Shown here piece after piece: positions 29,959 to 40,948 of a DNA stretch of 64,000 nt. Source of the stretch: Savitreella phatthalungensis (Eukaryota); NCBI GenBank assembly GCA_051599415.1, contig AP039689.1, positions 992,001 to 1,056,000 of the forward strand. The letters are read 5' to 3'. Positions within the stretch are counted from its first letter, which is position 1. Each line of letters starts with the position of its first letter. Below the pieces are notes generated by a model that was not told the DNA's origin, did not search any database, and was given only the letters and a program-made list of their open reading frames with translations. Both the position numbers and the translations under genes were made by a program.

Positions 29959-31407
29959 ATGATCCACGCACTTGCAACCCTGGCCATGACAGCCATCTCG
30001 GCTCAGGCTTTCACCATTCCTGGTCTTCCGGGTTTCCCGTCAACAGGATGTGCGAAGGCACTGCCGTCAGGTTCTGCTGCTCCACCGTCCCGTGTACCGA
30101 TCTACAATTTGCCCGGTGATCCTGCATATTCTGTACCAGAGCAGGATCTGCTCGCCGCCATCTCCTTCCCTGATGGCTACAATTGTGAGTCTCAAGCCAT
30201 CGTGCTGCTCCCTGGCACTGGTGTCTCAACAAACACCACTTACGGTCCTATTCGTCGTTCGTTGAAAAAGGAACTTGCGAACAGCGGCGGTGTCAGTGTC
30301 GTCTCCGTCGAATATCCCGACCTGAGTGCCGGACCAATTTCCACCAGTGCCGAGTACGCAGCATACGCAATCAACTACTTCCGGTACAATTATGGCGTCA
30401 AGCCAACGGTCCTCGCGTGGTCTCAGGGTACTCTCAGTGCACAATGGGCCGAATTATTCTGGAACTCTGCACGTGCTTCCAGCCGCAATCTTGTCGCCCT
30501 GTCCGCCGATTATCGGGGCACGTTGCTGGCGAACCTTGACTGCTCGACTCCCACAGTCTTCACGCCTGAGACGGCCGCAGTCTTCCTCAACCCGAACAAT
30601 CTGCTCATCGCTGCAAAGCAGTTCTTCGGATTCAGTGCTCTGCCCGCCAGCCCGGCCGTTTTCAAGTCTGCAGTCGCCAACGCCGCAAAGGCTGGCAGCA
30701 GCAGCAAGACGAAGCGTCAGCAGGCGAGCGACCCGTCGGCACTTGCCGCTGCCTTCAGCAATCTAGTCAATGGAGTCGGTACGCCGCTATCGCAATTTGC
30801 TCAGTCGCTTGTCCTTGACCCAAGCTCGTTCTTTGGACGTGTGGTGGCCAACTTCCAGCAGCTTGGCACCAACCCGCAGAACTTTGACCTCAACCTGGAC
30901 GGCTGTCTCGTGGCTGTCTCTCAGCAACAAATTGGGTCCAAGTTCCTCGCGGCCTTAGCCCGTAATGGCGGCTTCCGTGCATTACTGCCGACCACCTCAC
31001 TCCACAACGCGTACGATGAAGTCGTCATTGTCAACGGCGCAACTGGTGAGGAGAATGCTTCTGGACACCTTCCGGGAGCGAACAATATTCTCATCCAGGA
31101 CTACTGCCCCTTCGTACCGACTGGTGCCAGTGGTCAGATTGCCAACATCGAGCAGCACGCCTGGCCGCTCTTCCAGGGTATTCCTGTGGCAGCTATCGTG
31201 CTTGCGGTCAAGAATGGAGGCGCACCAACCATCGACCAGATCAAGGCTGCTTACCCTCCCAGCTACTGTGCTACGATCTTCCAAGACAACGACGTCGCTG
31301 ATGCTCTCGAGGTCGAGAGTATTCTGCCAGGTGCGCTTGCCGGCATCCTCTTCAAGCCGACCCCACGTGTGCTCGTCGAACCGAACCCGCCTGCATACGC
31401 AGCGTAA
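29959..31407 (+). CDS. Secreted lipase B (CalB-like alpha/beta hydrolase) with a large lid insertion
   Basis: Signal peptide (..SAQA|F), LLPGTG oxyanion motif, nucleophile AWSQG..AQW, ADYRGT, QQ..GS, PTT..YDEVV and a His in EQHAW. Confidence 0.87.
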   Translation: MIHALATLAMTAISAQAFTIPGLPGFPSTGCAKALPSGSAAPPSRVPIYNLPGDPAYSVPEQDLLAAISFPDGYNCESQAIVLLPGTGVSTNTTYGPIRRSLKKELANSGGVSVVSVEYPDLSAGPISTSAEYAAYAINYFRYNYGVKPTVLAWSQGTLSAQWAELFWNSARASSRNLVALSADYRGTLLANLDCSTPTVFTPETAAVFLNPNNLLIAAKQFFGFSALPASPAVFKSAVANAAKAGSSSKTKRQQASDPSALAAAFSNLVNGVGTPLSQFAQSLVLDPSSFFGRVVANFQQLGTNPQNFDLNLDGCLVAVSQQQIGSKFLAALARNGGFRALLPTTSLHNAYDEVVIVNGATGEENASGHLPGANNILIQDYCPFVPTGASGQIANIEQHAWPLFQGIPVAAIVLAVKNGGAPTIDQIKAAYPPSYCATIFQDNDVADALEVESILPGALAGILFKPTPRVLVEPNPPAYAA

Positions 31408-32465
31408 ACTAAATATCATGCGAATCTCTTTCAGCTCCATGCAATTTAGCCAGAGGTAGTCATCCATGGAAATCTCACACGCAGTCTACAGATCACGCAC
31501 TTTGTAGAAAAAAAAAAGTTGAGTGTTTTTAAGACGTTGAGTTGGCAGAGCATCAAAAATTAGGCATGTCGCTGAGTTTTGTGGATGGTGAAATTACTTG
31601 ACATAGGTCTGCTTGGTGATCTTAGTGATCTTTGGATCTCAGATAGACAAGACGCTGAGTGTAACACTCGAACACTCGCCCAAGCTGACTGCAGAGTCCC
31701 CATACGCCACATTAGCTGTAGAGTACGATCGAGGACGATCAGCGCTCAGCTGTCAGAAAACAAGTTGAGGATTTGTGTTCGCTCGACGCACGTGTTCATG
31801 AATGCTTACACAATTTCTATAGATCGAGTGATGGCGCCTGATGACACATACGTTTCTGGTTCAGATGAAGTTAAGCGCTAAGAATGATGAACAGCCTTGT
31901 TTTCTGTCATAGCAGACAATGAACCTTGACACGTACAAGGTTGCCGGCGTCTGTCAGATCCTTGTAGAACGTGCTGATACGTACGTGAATGACTCAATTG
32001 TCCTTTGCAGCACAAGTCAGTTTACAAATGCACATGTGCCAGTGGGCGTCACAGACTGTGTTCTAAATTTAAATCCATCTGCGTGTATGTTCTAGTTCGC
32101 ATATCATGTGGTAAAGGAAATTAAATCATGTATCTGAAGTTTACTTGGTCGAAAGTCGAGATCAATTGATCATCTGAATAACTTTAATCAATCAAATTTT
32201 GAATTCAGAGCCTTCAAATAAGCCACACATGGCTGTAGAGTCAGTCTACGGCCACTACTGCATTGCCAAGCCAAAATTGCATGTGCTGGTTCGGAACGTC
32301 AACTGGAAAGACAAAGCCAAGCTGTACCATTCGACATCTTCAAACGCGTCAGGCAGAAACTCCGCGCATTTCTGTACGTCACTCATCACATCTGAGCTTG
32401 CATTTCCCTCCGTCTGTCGAACGAGAAAGAGAGTGTATCGATGCTAGGCTAAGAAAATCCTCACA

Positions 32466-35400
32466 ATGAGTCAAAACGACCCCTTCGCGACGCCGCCGGC
32501 ACGTCGTCCAGAGTACGAGCGCGCGGATTCGAGCACGTTGAATCCTTTCAAACATTACTATGAAGACTCTGACGACGAGGATGAGCGCTTTCTCGTTGAA
32601 GATCGGCGGCTGCCAGATGGCAGTACCATGGACTTGCCGTTGAGGCAGCAACAATCACAGCATCATCAACAGCAGCAATACACGCAACATACTCAGCCTT
32701 CACATCCGAATGATGATCTCGAGAGTGTTGACCTTGCAGCACCAGAGCCTAGTCGGAAGCGCAAGCGCGACATTGCCAGCTGGTTCAAAAGATCCAAGGT
32801 AGACCCATCCACACTCGGCCCACGTGTCATCCACGTCAACAATGGTCCTGCGAATGACAGCAATCGTTACGTGGATAATCACATCTCGACGGCAAAGTAC
32901 AACGCAGCGACTTTCGTGCCAAAGTTTCTCTTTGAGCAATTCAGCAAGTACGCCAACCTGTTCTTCCTCTTCACTTCCATCATTCAGCAAGTGCCAAATG
33001 TGTCGCCGACAAATCGATGGACGACCATCGGACCGCTGGCTGTCGTTCTTCTTGTCTCCGCCATCAGAGAATTCATTGAAGATCTCAAGCGACATGGCCA
33101 AGACCGAGAACTGAACACCTCGGCCGCGGAAGTTTTGCAAGGCGGCGGGTTCGTATCGAAACGCTGGATCGACGTCAAGGTCGGCGATATGGTCCGTGTG
33201 CAATCCGAGGAGGCCTTCCCAGCAGATCTCATTCTCGTCGCTTCATCCGAGCCCGAGGGATTGTGCTATATCGAAACAGCAAATCTCGATGGCGAGACAA
33301 ATCTGAAGATCAAGCAGGCCTTGCCAGAAACAGCACACGTTATCTCACCGCATGACCTCGGTCGATTGTCAGGTAAGGTCAAGTCAGAGCAGCCGAATAA
33401 TAGTCTGTACACGTTCGAGGCGACCATGCAGCTTGATGGCATAGATGATGGGCGCGAGCTGCCGCTTTCACCAGAACAGCTTTTGCTCCGCGGTGCTCAA
33501 TTACGCAACACTGGCTGGATCTATGGCATCGTGGTGTTCACCGGCCACGAGACTAAACTCATGCGCAATGCTACCGCCACGCCCATCAAAACGACAGCTG
33601 TGGAAAAGATGGTCAACATCCAGATCGTCTTCCTATTCCTGATCCTTGTCGTGCTCTCAATAGTATCGAGCGCGGGCTACTTGATTCTCACAACGGTCCG
33701 TGGCTCGAAGCTCTGGTACATTTCTTTACACGGCACGAGCAAGGTCTCCCAGTTCTTCCTCAATCTGCTCACATTCTGGATCCTCTACTCCAACCTGGTA
33801 CCAATCTCTCTCTTTGTCACGGTTGAGCTATGTAAATTCGTGCAAGCCCAACTCATCAACGCCGACTTGGACATGTACTACGAGCCGACGGATACCCCGG
33901 CAACAGCTCGGACCTCGAGTCTTGTCGAAGAACTCGGTCAGATTGAGTACATCTTTAGTGACAAAACCGGAACACTCACTTGCAATCAGATGGAGTTCAG
34001 ACAGGTGTCTATCGCTGGTATTGCATACGCAGATGAGGTGCCAGAAGACCGCAAAGGCCACTATGTAGACGGCGAGGAGTTCGGCATCTTTGACTTTGCA
34101 CAGCTACAACGCAACTTGGCAGAGCATCCATCGCGCGAGATCATGCATCAATTCCTGACCTTGCTAGCGACGTGTCATACAGTCATTCCCGAAGCACACG
34201 ACGAGAAGCCCGGAGAGATCAAGTATCAAGCAGCCTCACCCGACGAGGGCGCGCTGGTGGAGGGTGCCGCAAGCCTTGGCTACAAATTTGTCGCTCGTCG
34301 TCCGAAATCCGTCATCATCAGTGTCTCTGGCGCGGAACATGAGTTTCAGCTGCTCAACATCTGCGAGTTCAACTCCACTCGCAAGCGAATGTCGACCATT
34401 TTCCGCTGCCCGGACGGTCGTATCAGGCTCTACTGCAAGGGCGCAGATACTGTCATCCTCGAGCGCCTGGCCAAAGGTACACCAAATATCGAGCGCACCT
34501 TACAGCATCTGGAGGACTATGCGACAGAGGGCCTCCGGACTCTCTGTTTAGCCTACAGAGAAATCCCAGAGCACGAGTATCGCGAATGGGCAGCCGTGTT
34601 CGAAAAGGCCGCAACAACGATCAACAATCGGTCTGAAGAGCTTGACAAGGCGGCCGAATTGATAGAGAGAGACCTCAGTCTGCTTGGAGCAACGGCGATC
34701 GAAGATCGTCTGCAAGATGGCGTACCTGAGACGATTGCAACTCTCCAGACAGCCGGAATCAAGGTCTGGGTGTTGACTGGTGATCGACAAGAGACAGCCA
34801 TCAACATCGGGATGTCGTGCAAGCTAATCAGCGAAGAAATGATCCTCATCGTTGTCAACGAAGAGACGAAGGAAGCCACTCGAGAAACGATCAGACGGCG
34901 ACTTGAGGCGTGCAGAAGTGCGCCAGAATCGGAGCCAGAGGTGTTTGCTCTGGTAATTGACGGCAAATCGCTCGGCTTTGCGCTTGATCGCGACTTGGAA
35001 CGCGAATTCCTCGATTTGGCGGTCATGTGCAAAGCTGTGGTATGTTGCCGTGTCTCGCCCTTGCAGAAGGCACTCGTTGTGAAGCTCGTCAAGCGACACA
35101 TCAAGGCTCTCCTCTTGGCCATTGGCGATGGAGCTAATGACGTTTCGATGATCCAGGCTGCTCATGTGGGCATCGGTATCTCGGGAATGGAAGGCCTGCA
35201 AGCCGCGCGATCCGCAGATATTGCTATTGGACAGTTCCGATATCTGCGCAAGCTACTCCTTGTTCATGGCGCATGGAGTTACCAGCGCTTGTCGAAGTTA
35301 ATCCTTTTCTCTTTCTACAAGAACATCACGCTTTACATGACACAGTTCTGGTATGCTTTCCAAAACGGCTTCTCCGGCCAGGTCATTTTCGAGTCCTGGA

Positions 35401-36347
35401 CAATTTCACTCTACAACGTGCTCTTCACGGTTCTACCGCCGATTGTCATTGGCGTTTTCGACCAATTCATCTCCGCTCGGCTGCTCGATCGCTATCCACA
35501 GCTCTACACTCTCGGCCAACGAGGAACCTTCTTCAACCGCTCAGCATTCTGGTCCTGGGTCGCCAACGGCTTCTACCATTCCCTTCTGATCTACTTGGGC
35601 TGCGTCGCAGCTTACTGGCAGGACGGCGTCGAATCGGACGGCCTTGTGACCGGTCACTGGGTATGGGGTACGACGATGTATACAGCTGTGCTAGCGACTG
35701 TCCTTGGCAAAGCGGCGCTCATCACTAACCTGTGGACGAAGTGGACGTGGATTGCCATTCCTGGTTCTTTCGTCTTCTGGCTCGTATGGCTACCTCTATA
35801 CGCGATCATCGCGCCCGCTATAGGCTTCTCACGCGAGTACTACGGCATTGTACCGCATCTGTACGGTAATATCGTCTTCTGGAGCACGCTGGCCATTCTA
35901 CCGCTGTTCTGCCTCCTCCGAGACTTCTGCTGGAAGTACGTCAAGAGAATGTACTATCCGCAGGCCTACCATCATATCCAGGAAATCCAGAAATACAACG
36001 TCGCTGATTATCGTCCGCGCATGGAGCAATTCCAGAAGGCCATCCGCAAAGTACGACAGGTACAGCGCATGCGTAAGCAGCGAGGATATGCCTTCTCACA
36101 GGGAGACGAAGGCGCTGCTCGTGTCGCTCGTGCATATGACACGACCGCCGGTCGTGGCCGGTATGGTGAGTCCTTGGCGCCCAAGGCTGGCTTGTCGCAA
36201 TCGGGCCAGAACGGCAGCCCAGCAGGCGCGAAATTTGGCCTCGACGCAGACGAGCTCGCACGACAGCCATCGCTTGGATTTGCGGATGCGCAAAGACCGC
36301 ACCAAACGCCACAAAAAAATCCGTTCGCAAACGTCATCGACTTGTAG
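32466..36347 (+). CDS. DRS2: P4-ATPase phospholipid flippase Drs2
   Basis: LDGETNLK, PISL, DKTGTLT, TGDRQETA, GDGANDV, QQ substrate motif, C-terminal RKQRGYAFSQ autoinhibitory motif and NPF motifs. Confidence 0.97.
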   Translation: MSQNDPFATPPARRPEYERADSSTLNPFKHYYEDSDDEDERFLVEDRRLPDGSTMDLPLRQQQSQHHQQQQYTQHTQPSHPNDDLESVDLAAPEPSRKRKRDIASWFKRSKVDPSTLGPRVIHVNNGPANDSNRYVDNHISTAKYNAATFVPKFLFEQFSKYANLFFLFTSIIQQVPNVSPTNRWTTIGPLAVVLLVSAIREFIEDLKRHGQDRELNTSAAEVLQGGGFVSKRWIDVKVGDMVRVQSEEAFPADLILVASSEPEGLCYIETANLDGETNLKIKQALPETAHVISPHDLGRLSGKVKSEQPNNSLYTFEATMQLDGIDDGRELPLSPEQLLLRGAQLRNTGWIYGIVVFTGHETKLMRNATATPIKTTAVEKMVNIQIVFLFLILVVLSIVSSAGYLILTTVRGSKLWYISLHGTSKVSQFFLNLLTFWILYSNLVPISLFVTVELCKFVQAQLINADLDMYYEPTDTPATARTSSLVEELGQIEYIFSDKTGTLTCNQMEFRQVSIAGIAYADEVPEDRKGHYVDGEEFGIFDFAQLQRNLAEHPSREIMHQFLTLLATCHTVIPEAHDEKPGEIKYQAASPDEGALVEGAASLGYKFVARRPKSVIISVSGAEHEFQLLNICEFNSTRKRMSTIFRCPDGRIRLYCKGADTVILERLAKGTPNIERTLQHLEDYATEGLRTLCLAYREIPEHEYREWAAVFEKAATTINNRSEELDKAAELIERDLSLLGATAIEDRLQDGVPETIATLQTAGIKVWVLTGDRQETAINIGMSCKLISEEMILIVVNEETKEATRETIRRRLEACRSAPESEPEVFALVIDGKSLGFALDRDLEREFLDLAVMCKAVVCCRVSPLQKALVVKLVKRHIKALLLAIGDGANDVSMIQAAHVGIGISGMEGLQAARSADIAIGQFRYLRKLLLVHGAWSYQRLSKLILFSFYKNITLYMTQFWYAFQNGFSGQVIFESWTISLYNVLFTVLPPIVIGVFDQFISARLLDRYPQLYTLGQRGTFFNRSAFWSWVANGFYHSLLIYLGCVAAYWQDGVESDGLVTGHWVWGTTMYTAVLATVLGKAALITNLWTKWTWIAIPGSFVFWLVWLPLYAIIAPAIGFSREYYGIVPHLYGNIVFWSTLAILPLFCLLRDFCWKYVKRMYYPQAYHHIQEIQKYNVADYRPRMEQFQKAIRKVRQVQRMRKQRGYAFSQGDEGAARVARAYDTTAGRGRYGESLAPKAGLSQSGQNGSPAGAKFGLDADELARQPSLGFADAQRPHQTPQKNPFANVIDL

Positions 36348-36391
36348 ATTCAAGATGAGTACAACCTATCGTAGGAGAGAAATCATGCTGC

Positions 36392-37369
36392 CTATTCTTC
36401 CTGCTCTTCAGTTTTCTCCTGGTCTCGATCGTCATCTCCGGACTCATCTTCCTCTTCTGACTTGTTGCGAGTTCCAGCCTCAGCGTTGTCCTCTTCTTGC
36501 GCTTCTCCAGAAATCGCCTCTTTGGCACCATCAATGTCCTTATCAAGCTTCTTGCCTATCAAAACTTCGAGAACATTGATATACGTCCGGCGAAATTCTC
36601 GCGACGATTGGTCACCTCCCACAGCTTCGTGCAATGCAGTAGATAAACCTTCCGCTGAATCAGAAGCCTTGTCGCTGAGTCCGATCTCTCTAGCTGCCTC
36701 TAACGCGAGCTCATCGGCAAAAGGGAAGAGCTCATCTGGCCAATCGAGTTGAGCTCGACGAAAAAACAATGCAGACGTCTTCTCAGCGAATCCCTTGATC
36801 GCGCATGCTTGCTTCATCAAATTGTCCCTGGACTTGTCAGCCTTCTTCCGGAACTGCTCAAGCTTGTCATTGTCATAGTCCTCGGGAAAGTTTTCCTCAA
36901 TATACTTCGCGAGATCGCGCAGCTGGCCAGAGGTCTTCTCCTTATGCAATGTGTGAGCGTCCATGAGAGCCTGCCAGCGCTCATCACCACCGGCATCAGC
37001 GATCTTCTTTGGCGTTGTGAACCCATATGGTTCGTTGAACAGCGTATAGATAGCTCGCATTCCAAGTCGATGTGAGAATGGTTTGGACAGAAGCAATGCT
37101 GACACAAGTGCAAGAAATGGTGGCAAATCAGAATGAGGATAACGGATGTCCTTGTCCTTGCCTGAACCGAGCACTTCCTCAGGCGAGATTTCATCGAGCA
37201 TTGCGGGGTCAGCAAGATACTTCAGAATCTCTACATCACCGTCTTTGCCGCCTGTCTCACTTCCTTCATTCGAGCTATCCTTCTCGTCCTTGACATCGTT
37301 GCTGTCCTCGGCACGTTGTTTCTTGCTTACAGCTTTTGCAGCCTGTTGAGCCCCTCTTTTGGCCGCCAT
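36392..37369 (-). CDS. Uncharacterised protein with an HhH-GPD/DNA-glycosylase-like fold
   Basis: LLLSKPFSHRLG..FTTPKKIADAG..IKGFAEKTSALF..FPFAD; basic N-terminus and acidic C-terminus. Confidence 0.7.
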   Translation of the reverse strand: MAAKRGAQQAAKAVSKKQRAEDSNDVKDEKDSSNEGSETGGKDGDVEILKYLADPAMLDEISPEEVLGSGKDKDIRYPHSDLPPFLALVSALLLSKPFSHRLGMRAIYTLFNEPYGFTTPKKIADAGGDERWQALMDAHTLHKEKTSGQLRDLAKYIEENFPEDYDNDKLEQFRKKADKSRDNLMKQACAIKGFAEKTSALFFRRAQLDWPDELFPFADELALEAAREIGLSDKASDSAEGLSTALHEAVGGDQSSREFRRTYINVLEVLIGKKLDKDIDGAKEAISGEAQEEDNAEAGTRNKSEEEDESGDDDRDQEKTEEQEE

Positions 37370-37731
37370 CTGTCAGCAGTATCAAGTCCAAGTTCACTCA
37401 AGCGGAGAGGCGAGATAATGCTTCGGGGTCTCCAATGGCCTCCTTGGACTTTGGCTCGATCAATAGACTTGGTTGGTATGTGAGCTTTACCTCTGGTGAC
37501 GTCACGTCAGAAACGCGATTTCTGGTTCTTAATTGCATTTTCGATTTTCAGTATTTACACGCAGCCAGATGCATGCTCGATCATAAGTCACTCACATGTT
37601 GGACAATCGTGTGATTATATACACGCGCGTCTGAACGCATGCTTCAATCCTTTGATTTGGTGTCTTTGCAGTGACATAAAGGCAAGGCGTTTCTGCAGCG
37701 CAGGATAACGGCTTTCATCACGCGGCGAACC

Positions 37732-38577
37732 ATGTCGTCTCCGACATTGCTCGTCATGGGCGGAGCAGGATTCCTCGGTTCCCACATATGCAGATCCGCT
37801 CTGACGAAGGGATGGCGGGTTATAGCGGTCAACAGAGGTGGCCGGCCAAACGGCGAAGGATCCTCCTTCAAAGGTACCGACAATCAAGCTCAAGAATGGA
37901 CTGAACAAGTCGAGTGGCTCAAGGGAGATGCACTGCGGCCTGACTCGTTTGCGGAAGCGCTGCAGAGAGTTGATCATATTGCACATACTATCGGAGTGCT
38001 CGACTATCGCGGCTTCCTATCAGAGTCACGGCCCAGCAGGGCGATCGACAAACTCGGGTCTACCATCGTCGATGCTGTGCAGGAAGCAGTGCCTTACATC
38101 TCGGGACAAACGAGCCCCGAGCTCCAAATTTATGATAAGCTGAATCACGAAGCCGCTGTTTCCGTCATCGATGCGGCTCGTCAAACGCCGAATGTCAAGA
38201 GCATACTGTACATCTCTGCTGCAGCAGGGTTTCCGGGCATCCCGCAACGATACATCACAAGTAAAAGGAGAGCTGAAGAACATTTGCTAGGGCAGATCAA
38301 GCCACGGCCAATTGTATTCAGGCCAGGTTTTATGTACAGCGACTCCGCAGGCTTTACAAAGCCGGTCGCTCATTTGCTCGGTATCTCATATGCCTTGAAC
38401 TCTGGCCTCGGTAATGCAATTCCCGGGATCGGAGCTGCAGGAGTCAAACCTCTCGACGTGTCACGGGTGGCGGACGCTGTGGTAGAAGCTGTAGCGGACG
38501 ACAAGGTCACGGGCTGCATAGAGGTGCATGGCATTGAAGCGCTGGCAGATCAAAGGTGGAGGTCTGAAATGCTTTGA
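37732..38577 (+). CDS. COQ11: Atypical SDR/NAD-dependent epimerase family protein (Coq11-like)
   Basis: GGAGFLGSHIC, YISAA..RYITSKRRAE, RPGFMY and KPLDV. Confidence 0.85.
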   Translation: MSSPTLLVMGGAGFLGSHICRSALTKGWRVIAVNRGGRPNGEGSSFKGTDNQAQEWTEQVEWLKGDALRPDSFAEALQRVDHIAHTIGVLDYRGFLSESRPSRAIDKLGSTIVDAVQEAVPYISGQTSPELQIYDKLNHEAAVSVIDAARQTPNVKSILYISAAAGFPGIPQRYITSKRRAEEHLLGQIKPRPIVFRPGFMYSDSAGFTKPVAHLLGISYALNSGLGNAIPGIGAAGVKPLDVSRVADAVVEAVADDKVTGCIEVHGIEALADQRWRSEML

Positions 38578-39045
38578 TACCATTGCATCATGTAAAATAG
38601 CTTTGCCTCATTTCGGAGGAACGGCTCCAATAAAATGAGTGCGTTTTCAACAAAATAGAGTGTAACGTCATTCTAGCAATGGCTGCTGCAATGAAGCTTA
38701 TATCAGCCAACAGAAGTACGCCCTTTCGACTGTTCCGCCAAAAGCTCGAGTACATCCTCAGTGACCCTGTCAGACGCGCTTGCGCCACCGGGTGCTAGTG
38801 CGGGTGCCTCTGTCAGTCATGCGACGCAGCGGGTATCGGACCATATTGATATCTGATCAGATTGATCAAACTCTCGAAATCGTAGATCATTTGCACACCA
38901 ACAGCTTGACATCTGCCAGGATGATGTTCGTGAGACGTGGCATGCCAGATCAGTTGATCACGTTCAAGACACTGGGTTGACAGTTTCCTCTCTGGTCCAC
39001 GCTCCAGATCTGTGACAGGCTCGCCTGGCCGTTCGACCGGGCAAA

Positions 39046-40611
39046 ATGCTCAGACACACGCTGCATGTGCCACATTCGATAGAGCGGATCGCGGTAGGCG
39101 TCAAAGAATCAGGCCATGACATCCTGGTTCCTCTGACTAGGTCTGGCATTTCGTACCACGAAGTTCGCCTGACGACTGATCTGGAGCACGAGACCCTCGA
39201 GGTCTTACGTGGGCTCCAGAATGTCAGATTGGTCTATCGGTCACGACATGTGCGCGATTTCGGCGACATCCTGGTGAGCGAGGATATCCCGGGCTTGAGC
39301 ATACACGTCAAAGCTCATTCCCAGACAGCTGCCAGGATCCAAACGAGAAGCACTATGGCTACTTGGGATGGCTCGACGCCTTGGATCGGAAGCTATCAGG
39401 CGCTCGAATGGCTACAGCTCGCTTGTGGCGTCAAACTCGAGTCTTCTATGGCGGAAGAAGAATCACTGACTGCTCGACTTCTTGACAACAATTCTCAATC
39501 ACTTTCGGCCTTCACCTCGATCGAATCAGGGACGTACGCATTCTGGCACAGCAGCACGGCTTCGGCTGCATCCTTATTGAAACTGCTGCTTAGGACGCAT
39601 AAGGACGAACTTGGGTCTCACCTGCGCGCCGCTGGTCAAGTCGAGGTTTCCTTCGATCTCGTCTCCGGCAAACGCGTGGTGCGGATACTGCGAGAGATCA
39701 TCGATGATCAGGAGCTTATCATTGCAAGTCATCATAGGGGGGATTCAATCGAGCTTGGTCTTGTTGAGCGTCAAGGGCGCGATCTACCAGACACAGAGAT
39801 TAAAGGCCTATCGACCTTTTTGCCGAAAATCGAGTTTGCCCCTTTTGTCATCTTCTTCGACCAACGTCTCAGACCTGGACTACCAATCTTACCTGCGGTC
39901 GAAACCGAGATATCAGGCAAAGGCTCTCATTTGACTTTCACCTCGACCGCACGTCCAAAGATCCAGGTGCCCGAGCATGTGCTCGATGAGAAGCTTCGAA
40001 TGCTCGACGAACGTGGCTGTGAGTATTTCGGACTGTATACACTGCCGAAGGGCTTTTTCTTCGACAAGTACGAGATGAAACAGCGCCTTAAAGGTTGTTT
40101 CGAAGTCTGGGGCGAGCAACACTTGGAGGCTCCGGAATACACCACGCGGAGTTGGGGCTCGATAATGAAGGTGCAAATGCCATCAGGATATCCGGAAAGT
40201 CAGAATGCTTTCCAAGTGCCATTCCACGCACGTTATGGCGCGCCAGCAAGGGGCTCCGAGCCGTTGACGACGCTCATCGATGCTCCGCGATTTGTCTACA
40301 GTTGTCCGCTAGCAGATGCAGCTTTCCAAGATAATCCTTGGGAAGTCCCACACGGAGGTCTCATGCGAGCTTTGTTTGGCGCGGGTAGCGAGGTGCGGCT
40401 ACTAGACACCATTATCAGCGGCAATTCGAGTTCCAAGGACGGCAGTCAGACGTTCACATTGAGTACGCCTGTGGCAGACGCAGCGCTTGCACAGACTGTC
40501 TCTTTCTTCACCATTTTTGCGGTACTAGCAGGTTTTCTACTGCTGACAGTCTTGTCATTCCGCGCTCGCCGCAAGACTGTCATAGTCGCGGCTGACAAAA
40601 AGGTATCATAA
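39046..40611 (+). CDS. PBN1: GPI-mannosyltransferase I subunit Pbn1/PIG-X
   Basis: LPKGFFFDKYE, WGEQHLEAPEY..WGS, VPFHARY, then a C-terminal TM helix and KKxx-like end (DKKVS). Confidence 0.82.
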   Translation: MLRHTLHVPHSIERIAVGVKESGHDILVPLTRSGISYHEVRLTTDLEHETLEVLRGLQNVRLVYRSRHVRDFGDILVSEDIPGLSIHVKAHSQTAARIQTRSTMATWDGSTPWIGSYQALEWLQLACGVKLESSMAEEESLTARLLDNNSQSLSAFTSIESGTYAFWHSSTASAASLLKLLLRTHKDELGSHLRAAGQVEVSFDLVSGKRVVRILREIIDDQELIIASHHRGDSIELGLVERQGRDLPDTEIKGLSTFLPKIEFAPFVIFFDQRLRPGLPILPAVETEISGKGSHLTFTSTARPKIQVPEHVLDEKLRMLDERGCEYFGLYTLPKGFFFDKYEMKQRLKGCFEVWGEQHLEAPEYTTRSWGSIMKVQMPSGYPESQNAFQVPFHARYGAPARGSEPLTTLIDAPRFVYSCPLADAAFQDNPWEVPHGGLMRALFGAGSEVRLLDTIISGNSSSKDGSQTFTLSTPVADAALAQTVSFFTIFAVLAGFLLLTVLSFRARRKTVIVAADKKVS

Positions 40612-40948
40612 CGCATGGTACCACGCGATCGGACGCTCACTGTCTTCCCTGCAATCGCTCGCCATGACATGACACAAGGCTGTCTTTGACATCAGCTTTA
40701 GAGTGCGCTCATTTTCACATGTCAAAACCGGAACTTCACCATAAATTTAGAGCAAACAAATTTGGGCAATTTCAGCTTCACGCCCGCTTCAAGTAGCGTA
40801 GAATTTAGAATCTGCATGTAAGTACCACGTTACTGAAACTGAACTAGACTGAGGTTCCACCCCGCACACGATCGATCGCAACAAAAGACGTCACAGCCTC
40901 ATCTATATCGATACCAGGTTATATCGACAACGAATAAGATGACTCGGC

